Shown one piece after another: positions 17,588-25,966 of a stretch of DNA of 32,000 bases. Location of the stretch: positions 435,397-467,396 of the forward strand of contig JAWAHN010000002.1 of NCBI GenBank assembly GCA_038889235.1. Direction: 5' to 3'. The notes beneath the pieces were generated by a model. That model was not told the origin of the DNA and made no database searches. It saw nothing but the letters and a program-made list of their open reading frames with translations. The DNA is from Candidatus Jordarchaeales archaeon (GTDB lineage Archaea; Asgardarchaeota; Jordiarchaeia; Jordiarchaeales; Freyrarchaeaceae). A program made the translations under genes and the position numbers. Position 1 is the stretch's first letter, and the number at the start of each line of letters is the position of its first letter.

Positions 17588-18916
17588 ATGTCTTGGCTCG
17601 TGTTCTATGGTGGGGTTGGGGAGATCGGGGGTAACAAGATACTGCTCGAAGACGGCGACACCAGAATCTTCCTCGACTTCGGTGTCTCCTTCTCACAGAT
17701 GAGCAAGTTTTACTCGGCTCCCTTTCTGACCCCTAGAAGGGGAGAAGGGCTTGTTGAGCTCGGATTGTTGCCCCGCCTTGAAGGGGTCTACACCTTCGAC
17801 GAGTCTCAGCCCTCCCTAGACGCGGTGGTGGTATCCCACGTGCACATGGACCACGTGGGCTTCCTCCCCTTGCTCAAGGAGGAGATCCCAATTCTGTGCG
17901 GGGAGACAACAGCTGTGGCAATGGAGGCATTCACCAGCCTTGAAAAGTGGGTTGTTGGGAGAGGTGTTAAGGGCGGTAGGGTTAAAACGTTTAGGACGGG
18001 TAGCAAGCTCAAGGTTGGAAGCGTGGAGGTCGTACCCGTCCACGTAGACCACTCCGTCCCCGGCTCCTACGGCTTCATCATTCACGCTTCGGAAGGAACG
18101 GTGGCATACACGGGGGACTTCAGGATGCACGGGGCCAGGAGGGATCTCACAGAGGACTTCGTGAGCCTGGCTGAGGAGGAGGGGGTTGACGTTCTCGTGA
18201 CCGAAGCCACGAACATTCTAAACGCTTATGTCTCGTCTGAGAGGGAGGTTGAGGAGAAGCTCGACTACATAGTGAGCAACACTGAAGGCCTCGTCGTAGC
18301 ATACTTCGCCAGCACAGACATAGACAGGCTTAGAAGCTTCTACAACGTTGCGAAGAGGAATGGGCGGAAACTTATACTGTCCGCTAAGCAGGCCTACCTG
18401 CTGAACATGCTGCACCGCGACACGCGCCTTAAGATTCCAAGCCTAAAAGACGAGAACCTCATGGTTTTCAAGAAGAGGAAGAAGCAGTACACGAGGTGGG
18501 AGGAAGAAGTCATGGGGGAGGGGGTGGTGGTTGAGGCTGCGGACGTGTCGAGGATGCAGAGGGAAGCCATACTAGTCGCCTCGCTCTACGATTTCGAGGA
18601 GCTCATAGACGTCAAACCCATCCCGGGAAGCTGCTACATATACTCCTCCTCCGAGCCGTTCAGCGAGGAAATGGAGATAGACATGGCGAAGATGAAGAAC
18701 TGGCTGGACCACTACGGGCTCCCCCAGTACAGCGTCCACGTCTCAGGTCACGTGATGCCCATAGAGCTGAAGAAAGTGGTTGCCAGAATAAAGCCGAAAA
18801 CCGTGTTCCCAGTTCACTGCGAGCAGCCAGAGGCCTTCGCCAGGTTCGTCAAGGGAACCGGTGTAAAAGTCGCCGTCCCCGCAGTGGGAGAAAAACACCC
18901 GGTTAGAGGGGCATAA
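17588..18916 (+). CDS. MBL/beta-CASP ribonuclease (RNase J-like)
   Basis: GEIGGNKILL, LDFG, SHVHMDH, HVDHS, GDFR, HVSGH, PVH. ATG at 17588 follows GAGGTG. Confidence 0.85.
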   Translation: MSWLVFYGGVGEIGGNKILLEDGDTRIFLDFGVSFSQMSKFYSAPFLTPRRGEGLVELGLLPRLEGVYTFDESQPSLDAVVVSHVHMDHVGFLPLLKEEIPILCGETTAVAMEAFTSLEKWVVGRGVKGGRVKTFRTGSKLKVGSVEVVPVHVDHSVPGSYGFIIHASEGTVAYTGDFRMHGARRDLTEDFVSLAEEEGVDVLVTEATNILNAYVSSEREVEEKLDYIVSNTEGLVVAYFASTDIDRLRSFYNVAKRNGRKLILSAKQAYLLNMLHRDTRLKIPSLKDENLMVFKKRKKQYTRWEEEVMGEGVVVEAADVSRMQREAILVASLYDFEELIDVKPIPGSCYIYSSSEPFSEEMEIDMAKMKNWLDHYGLPQYSVHVSGHVMPIELKKVVARIKPKTVFPVHCEQPEAFARFVKGTGVKVAVPAVGEKHPVRGA

Positions 18917-18960
18917 GGGGTGGCGCGCGCCCTCGAACCAGAAACCCGCGGGCGCCGAGG

Positions 18961-19935
18961 CTAAAAGGGGCAGAGCGGGTCCGGCTTGAAAAAGGACCCA
19001 GTCTCAATGTACGCCCTCGCCCTACACCCTCCAAGACACGTCTCCCTAATGGGGCAGGAAGAACACTTCCCCTCAAGCATCCTCCAGTCGAGTAAACCCG
19101 TGCCCTCGCGCACACAGTAAAGCTTCCTCCAGCTCTCCGGGCCACCGTCCCTCAGTATGTTTCCCACCTTGAAGTCCAGCACGTCGCAGAGCAACACGTC
19201 CCCCACAGTGTTTAAGTCCATAACCCTGTAATAGCACCCCCAAACCTTGACGTGCTTCGACCTCACAACCATCTCGGCGAACGGCGTACAGCGTACCTCA
19301 GCCGGGTAAGACAGGCTGTCCGCGGCCACCCCTATCTCGATGAGCGCCTGCTTCAACTTTTCAGGCGTCAACGCTAGGCTTCTGTTCCCCTTAGCTGCCC
19401 CAGAGGGCATTAGGGTGAGAAAGGAGGCCATGCGGCCCCCCAAGTCGCAGGAGAAAGAGACAAACTTCCCCGCCTCGTGGAAGTTGAGGGCGCTTATGGC
19501 CATCACCGGCGTGAACTCCAGCCCGGAAGCCTTCATGACACCGGCCGCGGAGAGGATTTTCTCCCATGCCCCTCCCCCCCTCACACTCTCGCACACCTTC
19601 TTCGAAGCCCCGTCGACGCTCAGCAGAACCCTCACCTCGAGCCTTGACAGCAACTCCGCAACCCGGCCGTCCACGAGGAAACCATTGGTAACTATCTCCA
19701 CGCCCATCCCGAGGTCGACAGCGTAGCGCATTAGCTCCGGCAGGTCCTCCCTCATCAGAGGCTCCCCGCCGACGAACGAAACCATCCCAGCCCCAGCCTC
19801 AGCCGCCTCGGCTACAAGCCTCCGCCCATCCTCGGTCCCAAGCTCAGCGTGAAACCGCCCCCTAACATAGCAGTGAACACACGCACCGTTACACCTCAAC
19901 GTGCACGGCCAAACCACAGCCTCCAGTGGAACCAC
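18961..19935 (-). CDS. Radical SAM/SPASM domain protein
   Basis: CNGACVHC, GGEPL, SPASM C...C...CSSCPIRETCLGGCRARA. GTG start at about 19935. Confidence 0.85.
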   Translation of the reverse strand: MVPLEAVVWPCTLRCNGACVHCYVRGRFHAELGTEDGRRLVAEAAEAGAGMVSFVGGEPLMREDLPELMRYAVDLGMGVEIVTNGFLVDGRVAELLSRLEVRVLLSVDGASKKVCESVRGGGAWEKILSAAGVMKASGLEFTPVMAISALNFHEAGKFVSFSCDLGGRMASFLTLMPSGAAKGNRSLALTPEKLKQALIEIGVAADSLSYPAEVRCTPFAEMVVRSKHVKVWGCYYRVMDLNTVGDVLLCDVLDFKVGNILRDGGPESWRKLYCVREGTGLLDWRMLEGKCSSCPIRETCLGGCRARAYIETGSFFKPDPLCPF

Positions 19936-20027
19936 TCTCGAGCCCCCTACACAAATCACCTTTAAACTAACTGCCAAGAGAAAAGATAAAAATGGTTTTC
20001 GCGGGTCATCTCAGAAGGTGGTCACGC

Positions 20028-20921
20028 TTGGAGTTCAAGGTAGCCCTAGCCCAGATGAGTAGCGCGCGCGGCGACGTCGAGGGAAACCTCGAGAAAATGC
20101 GCCGCTTCGTCGAGGAAGCTGCAGCCTCCGGGGCGGAAATCGTGGTCTTCCCAGAAATGTGCCTCTGCGGCTACACGGTGATGGATGGAAGGGACTTCGA
20201 AACCTTTCACAAGTGCGTCCAGAGCCTCGACAGCCCACCCATTAGGAAGCTCTCCCGCCTCTCCTCGAAAAGCAACATCCACATAGTATTCGGCGCCCCC
20301 ATGGAGGACCCGGCAAGGAAGGGTGTGGTCTACAACAGCGCGGTCCTCCTGGAGCCGGACGGCGGAGTACACGTCTACAACAAGATCCACCTTCCAACCG
20401 GGAGGTACGGGGAGAGCACCTTCTACGAACACATGTACTGCAAGCCTGGAAGCGAGCTGAAGCTCTGCGAAACCAGGCTTGGAAGGATAGGGCTGCAGGT
20501 TTGCCGCGACTACGCCTTCCCGGAGGTCTCAAGGGCCTACTGCTACGCGGGCGTCGACGTTATAGTCAACATATCAGCCGCCCCAGCCACCTCGAAGCGC
20601 TTCTTCGACATAATCCTCCCAGCGAGAGCCCTCGAAAACTCATCCTTCCTAGTATACGTCAACGCCGTTGGAAAGTACGGCGATGTGGAGTTCTTCGGCG
20701 GAAGCAGGATAATAAACCCGCTCGGAGAAACGGTCGTCGAGTGCAAGACAGGGGAGGAAGAACTAGCAGTGGGAACCATAAGCCTCGAACAGCTGAGGGA
20801 GACGAGAACCAGGCTTCCAATACTGAAAGACGTCCAACCACCAGAGTTCTACAACAAGCTCACGAGAAAAATCTTGGATGAAGATTGCCGACAAAAAACG
20901 GGGAAAAAGGGGAGGCCTTAG
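20028..20921 (+). CDS. Carbon-nitrogen hydrolase (nitrilase superfamily)
   Basis: E-K-C triad in FPE, YNKIHL, VCRD. TTG start at 20028 follows AGGTGG. Confidence 0.9.
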   Translation: MEFKVALAQMSSARGDVEGNLEKMRRFVEEAAASGAEIVVFPEMCLCGYTVMDGRDFETFHKCVQSLDSPPIRKLSRLSSKSNIHIVFGAPMEDPARKGVVYNSAVLLEPDGGVHVYNKIHLPTGRYGESTFYEHMYCKPGSELKLCETRLGRIGLQVCRDYAFPEVSRAYCYAGVDVIVNISAAPATSKRFFDIILPARALENSSFLVYVNAVGKYGDVEFFGGSRIINPLGETVVECKTGEEELAVGTISLEQLRETRTRLPILKDVQPPEFYNKLTRKILDEDCRQKTGKKGRP

Positions 20922-22558
20922 AACTCACCGCCAGTCTCCGGCAGCTTCCCCGTCTCGCCCTTCTCCTTCTCTTTCTCTTCCTTGTGAGGCTTGCTCGCTA
21001 TAACGTCGTCGATCCTCAGTATCATCGAAGCAGCCTCGCTGGCGCTCTTTATCGCGTGCTTCTTGACTCTCAGAGGCTCCAGCACCCCGAGCTTAAGCAT
21101 GTCGTCCGGCTTGCCCGTCTGAATGTTCAACCCATAAGTCTTCTTGCCCTTGTCATGCTCAGCCCTCAAAGCCACCAGCGCGTCAAGCGGGTCGTGTCCA
21201 CTGTTCTCAGCCAGCGTCTTCGGAACAATCTCCACAGCGTCGGCGAAAGCTTCAATCGCCAGCTGCTCCTTCCCTCCAACGGACTCAGCGTACTTCCTCA
21301 GCTGCCTCGCCACCTCCACCTCGGCCGCGCCGCCACCAGCAACATACTTCTGGTCCTCTATAGCGTTCCTCACAACGCACAGCGCGTCGTTGAGTGCCCT
21401 CTCAGCCTCATCAACCACGTGCTCCGTCCCACCGCGCACCACGATGGTCACAGCCTTCGGGTTCTTGCACTCCCTCACGTAGACAACCTTGTCCTCGCCT
21501 ATCTTAACCTCCTCGACGAGTCCAGCCTCGCCAAGCACGTCCGGCGACAAGTCGTCGAAGCTCGTCACTATCTTAGCTCCCGTGGCCTTCGCGAGCTTCT
21601 CCATGTCACTCTTCTTAACGCGGCGAACCGCAAGAATCCCAGCCTTCGCCAAGAAGTGCTGAGCCAAGTCATCAATACCCTTCTGGCAGAACAGAACATT
21701 GGCACCGCTAGCCTTAACCTTGTCAACCATGCTCTTCAAGATCTTCTGCTCCTCCTCCAAGAACAGCTTCATCTGCGACGGGTCAGTGATCCTGATCTCG
21801 GCGTCAAACTCGGTCTTCTCAACCTCGAGAGGCGCGTCGACAAGCGCAATCTTCGCATCCTTAACCCTCTTAGGCATCGCCGGGTGCACGACCTCCTTAT
21901 CTATCACCATACCCCTGACAAGCTCTGTCTCAAGCAGACTCTTACCCTGCTTCTTCAAAATGTTAACCATGTCCCTGTCAGCCTCGTACTTCCCGTCCTT
22001 CTTCTCCGCAACCTGAAGTATGGCCTCAACAGCCACCCTGGCAAGGTGCTCCCTAGCGCCAGCCACAACCTTACTGTTAAGCGAGGTCATAGCAATCTTA
22101 GTCAAGGTCTCCACATCGTCCGGCTTAACATCCATGGCGATGCCTTCAAGAACCTCGACAGCCTTAGCCGCAGCCTTCTTGAAACCGTTCACAATGACCG
22201 TCGGGTGAATCTTCTGGTCGAGAAGCTCCTCAGCCTTCCTCAAAAGCTCACCAGCAACTATGACCGCGGTGGTCGTCCCATCCCCCACCTCGTCGTCCTG
22301 CGCCTTGGCAACCTCAACCATCATCTTCGCCGCAGGATGCTGCACATCTATCTCGTCAAGTATAGTCGCCCCATCGTTCGTAATTGTGATATCGCCGAGG
22401 CTGTCGACGAGCATCTTGTCCATGCCTCTGGGGCCGAGCGTGGTCCTGATAGCCTCCGCGACAACCCTAGCCGCCATTATGTTGCTGCGCTGCGCATCCC
22501 TACCACGTGTCCTCTCGGTTCCCTCCTTAAGTATCAAGACGGGGACGCCACTAATCAT
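20918..22558 (-). CDS. ths: Thermosome subunit (group II chaperonin)
   Basis: [34 protein letters not shown] motifs. The stop overlaps the convergent nitrilase stop. Confidence 0.97.
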   Translation of the reverse strand: MISGVPVLILKEGTERTRGRDAQRSNIMAARVVAEAIRTTLGPRGMDKMLVDSLGDITITNDGATILDEIDVQHPAAKMMVEVAKAQDDEVGDGTTTAVIVAGELLRKAEELLDQKIHPTVIVNGFKKAAAKAVEVLEGIAMDVKPDDVETLTKIAMTSLNSKVVAGAREHLARVAVEAILQVAEKKDGKYEADRDMVNILKKQGKSLLETELVRGMVIDKEVVHPAMPKRVKDAKIALVDAPLEVEKTEFDAEIRITDPSQMKLFLEEEQKILKSMVDKVKASGANVLFCQKGIDDLAQHFLAKAGILAVRRVKKSDMEKLAKATGAKIVTSFDDLSPDVLGEAGLVEEVKIGEDKVVYVRECKNPKAVTIVVRGGTEHVVDEAERALNDALCVVRNAIEDQKYVAGGGAAEVEVARQLRKYAESVGGKEQLAIEAFADAVEIVPKTLAENSGHDPLDALVALRAEHDKGKKTYGLNIQTGKPDDMLKLGVLEPLRVKKHAIKSASEAASMILRIDDVIASKPHKEEKEKEKGETGKLPETGGEF

Positions 22559-22620
22559 CGCCAAGCCAAATCCCTCCTTAGACACTCGTAGAGAAGTCAT
22601 AGATTGGTGAAAATGCACTT

Positions 22621-22637
22621 CTATATAAAGTTAACGC
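22621..22637 (-). promoter_or_regulatory. Thermosome TATA box and upstream element
   Basis: Minus strand reads GCGTTAACTTTATATAG about 65 nt upstream of the ATG. Confidence 0.6.
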
Positions 22638-22857
22638 TAGCCGCAGATCCAACAAACAACACCACGAAAGCCCGCAACACAAACAACCTCTAAAAACAAG
22701 CCACGAAAAACAGTGCACGCGTAGCAAAAGGGCCTGGGAAGGAAGGCAGCCCAACCGGGAGCAGCTCGGGCACGCGGCGTCGAAACAAAGTTCACAGGGA
22801 CAACACCTAAAAAGGAAGCCAACCCTTGGAAGAACACCCGCCCCTTTTATCCCACTT

Positions 22858-23394
22858 TCATCCCTTCCCTCCAACCACCTCCTTTGGAATCTTCACTTCC
22901 AATATCCCATTTCTATAGCTTATCTTAAGCTCATCTGGCTTCACACACGCCGGCAACTTTATACGCTTGTAATACCTGTCCCCAGCCCTCACTTCAAGCT
23001 CATCCCTAGTACAGTTAACGGATATTTCGCTCTCATCAACCCCTGGGACCTCAACCGCAACTATCACTTCACCCTCCCCCTCAATAACATCAACAAGAGG
23101 CTCCCTAACCTCCTTTATCATCGAAGAAGGCTCAGAAGACGGCTGAAAGTTACCAAACTGTCTAACCTCAGGCTTACCATCCGGCCCAATCCTCACACTC
23201 CAACCCCACACTATCGGACCAGTAACTTCAGTTCCATCGGGAAGCCGCACCCTCGGCAACTCCCTCATCAACCTGTCAAACTCAGCGAAAGGCTCCCTGA
23301 AAAACCTCTCAACCATCTCCTCAAACTCCTCAAACCAGCCACCAAAAAAGTCATCAAAAGGCAACCGCCTCTTCCTTCTACGCTCCCAACCCAT
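22858..23394 (-). CDS. hsp20: Archaeal small heat shock protein Hsp20
   Basis: GPIVWGWSVRIGPDGKPEVRQFGN, EPLVDV, EVPGV, YRNGILEV. True start is MGWERR at 23394. Confidence 0.95.
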   Translation of the reverse strand: MGWERRRKRRLPFDDFFGGWFEEFEEMVERFFREPFAEFDRLMRELPRVRLPDGTEVTGPIVWGWSVRIGPDGKPEVRQFGNFQPSSEPSSMIKEVREPLVDVIEGEGEVIVAVEVPGVDESEISVNCTRDELEVRAGDRYYKRIKLPACVKPDELKISYRNGILEVKIPKEVVGGKG

Positions 23395-23439
23395 ACACAC
23401 CACCACAACAAACCCAAGAAATACAAAGCAAAAAACACA

Positions 23440-23453
23440 TTTTAAAGTTACGC
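23440..23453 (-). promoter_or_regulatory. hsp20 TATA box and upstream element
   Basis: Minus strand reads GCGTAACTTTAAAA about 46 nt upstream of the ATG. Confidence 0.55.
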
Positions 23454-23624
23454 CAACACAAACCAAAAACACAACCCACCAAAAACAACAACCCAAAACC
23501 ACAAAACCCAGCAAACCAACCCCAAACCACCCCAACCCCTCCCACTAAAAGAAACAATACAATATCTATTAACAACTATTAACAACAATAAGACACTTTT
23601 TCACCCCCTCCCGCCAAACCCCCA

Positions 23625-24926
23625 CTTTCAACTCTCTCACTAAGATTCATCTTTATGTCGAAGTACTTTCAACTCTCTCGCTGAGATTCCTTGCCCTCCT
23701 TAAGAAGCCTGGCGAACCGCCTCAGCAGCCTCCAGTAAACATATATTACAATTGCAATATAGAGTATCAGGCCAGCCAGCTCCAACCCGCAACCCCCCGC
23801 TATGCTTTCGGCAGCCTTTCAACTCTCTCGCTGAGATTCTGTGCTGTTGGTCACCGTCCTTATGGCTTCGACTGTTTCTTTCAACTCTCTCGCTGAGATT
23901 CTTAAGCCTGTGCAGCCTAGTTGCCGGTAAGCCCATCGACCTTTCAACTCTCTCGCTGAGATTCCACGTATGCTGTCCGCATAGTAAACGATGTGCTCGT
24001 CGGGCACCTTTCAACTCTCTCGCTGAGATTCAGCCAAGCATATAGAGGCGGGAGAAGCGAAAGCTTCGTAAGCTTTCAACTCTCTCGCTGAGATTCAGAA
24101 CGACATAGTGCCAGCGCTCGACGGTGTGTTTAACCTCTTTCAACTCTCTCGCTGAGATTCGTGGCCCCAAAAGGCGCCATAGTCGTTCTCAGGTACGAGA
24201 CCTTTCAACTCTCTCGCTGAGATTCTGATCCACTCGACCTCGAACTCCGCTCTAACGCCCTTGAACTTTCAACTCTCTCGCTGAGATTCACGAAGACGAC
24301 TGCAAAAATAAGGGTTGCCGCGAGCACCTTTCAACTCTCTCGCTGAGATTCGACAGCATACCCCATATATGCAACGACCACTAGAGAACTTTCATCTCTC
24401 TCGCTGAGATTCTTATTTTATTAGTTTTTGTTGGTGGTGTTTATGAGTCTTTCAACTCTCTCGCTGAGATTCGAATCAGTGGAGCTAAGAACAAGTGCGT
24501 TCAACCCCCAACCTTTCAACTCTCTCGCTGAGATTCTCTCCAACCACTCCTTTTCTCCACATTATGTATATTATGTCTTTCAACTCTCTCGCTGAGATTC
24601 TGGAAAAAGAGGGGGTTGTCGAGTACAGGGAGGCGCAGAGGAGGATTCTTTCAACTCTCTCGCTGAGATTCTTGTTTTACCGCATCTATGTTCCAACGCA
24701 CACCAGCGTGCTTTCAACTCTCTCGCTGAGATTCTTAACAGCTGGCAAGCGTATGTTAACGGCTGGATCAGCAGCTCTTTCAACTCTCTCGCTGAGATTC
24801 TCACCTCGAACACGAAATCATAATGCGAACATCTATATTCTTTCAACTCTCTCGCTGAGATTCGCAGTATTTTGCAGAGAGAGCAGTTCCTGTTGTTGAT
24901 CACTTTCAACTCTCTCGCTGAGATTC
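23625..24926 (-). CRISPR. CRISPR array: 20 repeats (24 nt, GAATCTCAGCGAGAGAGTTGAAAG) and 19 spacers
   Basis: Repeats start (plus strand) at 23625 (degenerate), 23666, 23816, 23878, 23941, 24008, 24073, 24137, 24202, 24266, 24328, 24389 (1 SNP), 24449, 24513, 24577, 24648, 24711, 24777, 24840, 24903. Spacers are 36-47 nt except one of 17 nt and one of 126 nt. The 3' GAAAG and the degenerate left repeat give the minus orientation. Confidence 0.99.
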
Positions 24927-25077
24927 CGAGGTATTTTTTTGTCTTTTTTGCTTTTTTTGTTTTTCTCTTTTTTGTTTTGTGGGGGGTTGTTTCGGCGGTG
25001 GTTGTTTTGTTTTTGGGTTGTTGTTTTTCGCCGAAGTGTGGGTTTGTGTTGTGGGGGTGTTTTGGTTTTTTTGTGTT
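24927..25077 (-). promoter_or_regulatory. CRISPR leader region
   Basis: Non-coding 151 bp between the cas4 stop and the first intact repeat; low complexity. Confidence 0.7.
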
Positions 25078-25671
25078 TTATGGGTGGCATATTTTTTTGT
25101 AGCCGCAGTTGTGGCATTTTGTTGTTTGTTTTATTGGTGGTAGTTTTTCTTTTTCGATTATTTCTTTTATTTTGTTTATTGTCCATTTTACGTGTTTTCT
25201 TATTTGTTCTGTTAGGGGGATTTCGATTGATTTTTTGTCTTTGAGGTAGTTTATTTTTATTTTTTTGATTGGTTTTCCTAGTTTTTCTTCTGCTAGCATG
25301 GCGTATGCTGCTGCTTGGTATATGTGTGCGGGGTATGGTTTTCTGGGTGCTTTTGTGTACTTGTTTTCTATTAGGGTTAGTCCGTGTTGTGTTTCTGCTA
25401 TTTCGTCTATGATTCCGTATATGCCTAGTTTTTTTGATGTTGCGGGGAGTTTGCTCCAGTGTTTTGTGACTGGTTCTTTTCTTTCTCCGCTGAGTGTGGT
25501 TCTGCGTTGTGCTTTTTTGTCTTCTTTTGTGTGGTGTTCTTTTCCTTCTTTCATTGTTTCTGTTGGTTTTTCTTTGTAGCCTAGGACTGCTATGTGGTAG
25601 ATTATTCTTGGGCAGAAGTGGTATTGTTTTATCCAGGTGACTGGGATTAGGTTTTCTTCGTCTTCTGACAT
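25078..25671 (-). CDS. cas4: CRISPR-associated exonuclease Cas4
   Basis: FCPR, GIIDEI, ENK, QAAAY, C-terminal CxxCxYxxxC. Confidence 0.95.
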   Translation of the reverse strand: MSEDEENLIPVTWIKQYHFCPRIIYHIAVLGYKEKPTETMKEGKEHHTKEDKKAQRRTTLSGERKEPVTKHWSKLPATSKKLGIYGIIDEIAETQHGLTLIENKYTKAPRKPYPAHIYQAAAYAMLAEEKLGKPIKKIKINYLKDKKSIEIPLTEQIRKHVKWTINKIKEIIEKEKLPPIKQTTKCHNCGYKKICHP

Positions 25672-25678
25672 GTTCTCT

Positions 25679-25966
25679 TTAGACGATGAGTTCTTCTTTG
25701 GCGTATTCTTCGAATGGTTTTCCTATTATTTCTCTTTGTGCCATGTCTGCTCTGCATATTGTGAAGATTTGTATGTTTCCGTCCGTGTTTTTCATTATTT
25801 TTCTGAGGGCTGCGGATAGTTCTTTTCTTCTTGAGCTTGTGAGTTTGCCGAGGAATGTGCTTCTCTGTATTCTTGCCAGCCCGAAGGCTTTGCAGGTTTC
25901 GCTTACTTTGAGCCTTGTGTTGTCGTCGCTTATGTCGTAGACTACTAGTGTGTCCAAATTTTTCAC
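25679..25966 (-). CDS. cas2: CRISPR-associated endonuclease Cas2
   Basis: VVYDISDD, RIQRSTF; 95 aa; GTGA overlap with cas1. Confidence 0.95.
   Translation of the reverse strand: MKNLDTLVVYDISDDNTRLKVSETCKAFGLARIQRSTFLGKLTSSRRKELSAALRKIMKNTDGNIQIFTICRADMAQREIIGKPFEEYAKEELIV

Noticed and set aside
20885-22591. 568-aa ORF antisense to the thermosome
   Set aside because: It is exactly in register with the thermosome codons, so it arises from avoidance of TTA/CTA/TCA in a highly expressed gene. The product is not protein-like.
23395-23575. Hydrophobic N-terminal extension of Hsp20 and ORF 23378-23575
   Set aside because: Artefacts of G/T-only sequence; the homology-supported start is 23394 and this region contains the promoter.
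23566-23585. Tandem CTATTAACAA x2
   Set aside because: A short duplication in low-complexity DNA with no further copies; probably slippage.
23690-23815. The 126-nt interval as a MITE or IS insertion
   Set aside because: No terminal inverted repeats or target-site duplication; it is bounded exactly by intact repeats.
23625-24926. Self-targeting or duplicated spacers
   Set aside because: None seen by eye within the window; an exhaustive alignment was not possible.
23700-25244. ORFs spanning the CRISPR array and skewed leader
   Set aside because: They are translations of repeats (ISARELK, LSTLSLRF, ESQRES) and of low-complexity A/C or G/T DNA.
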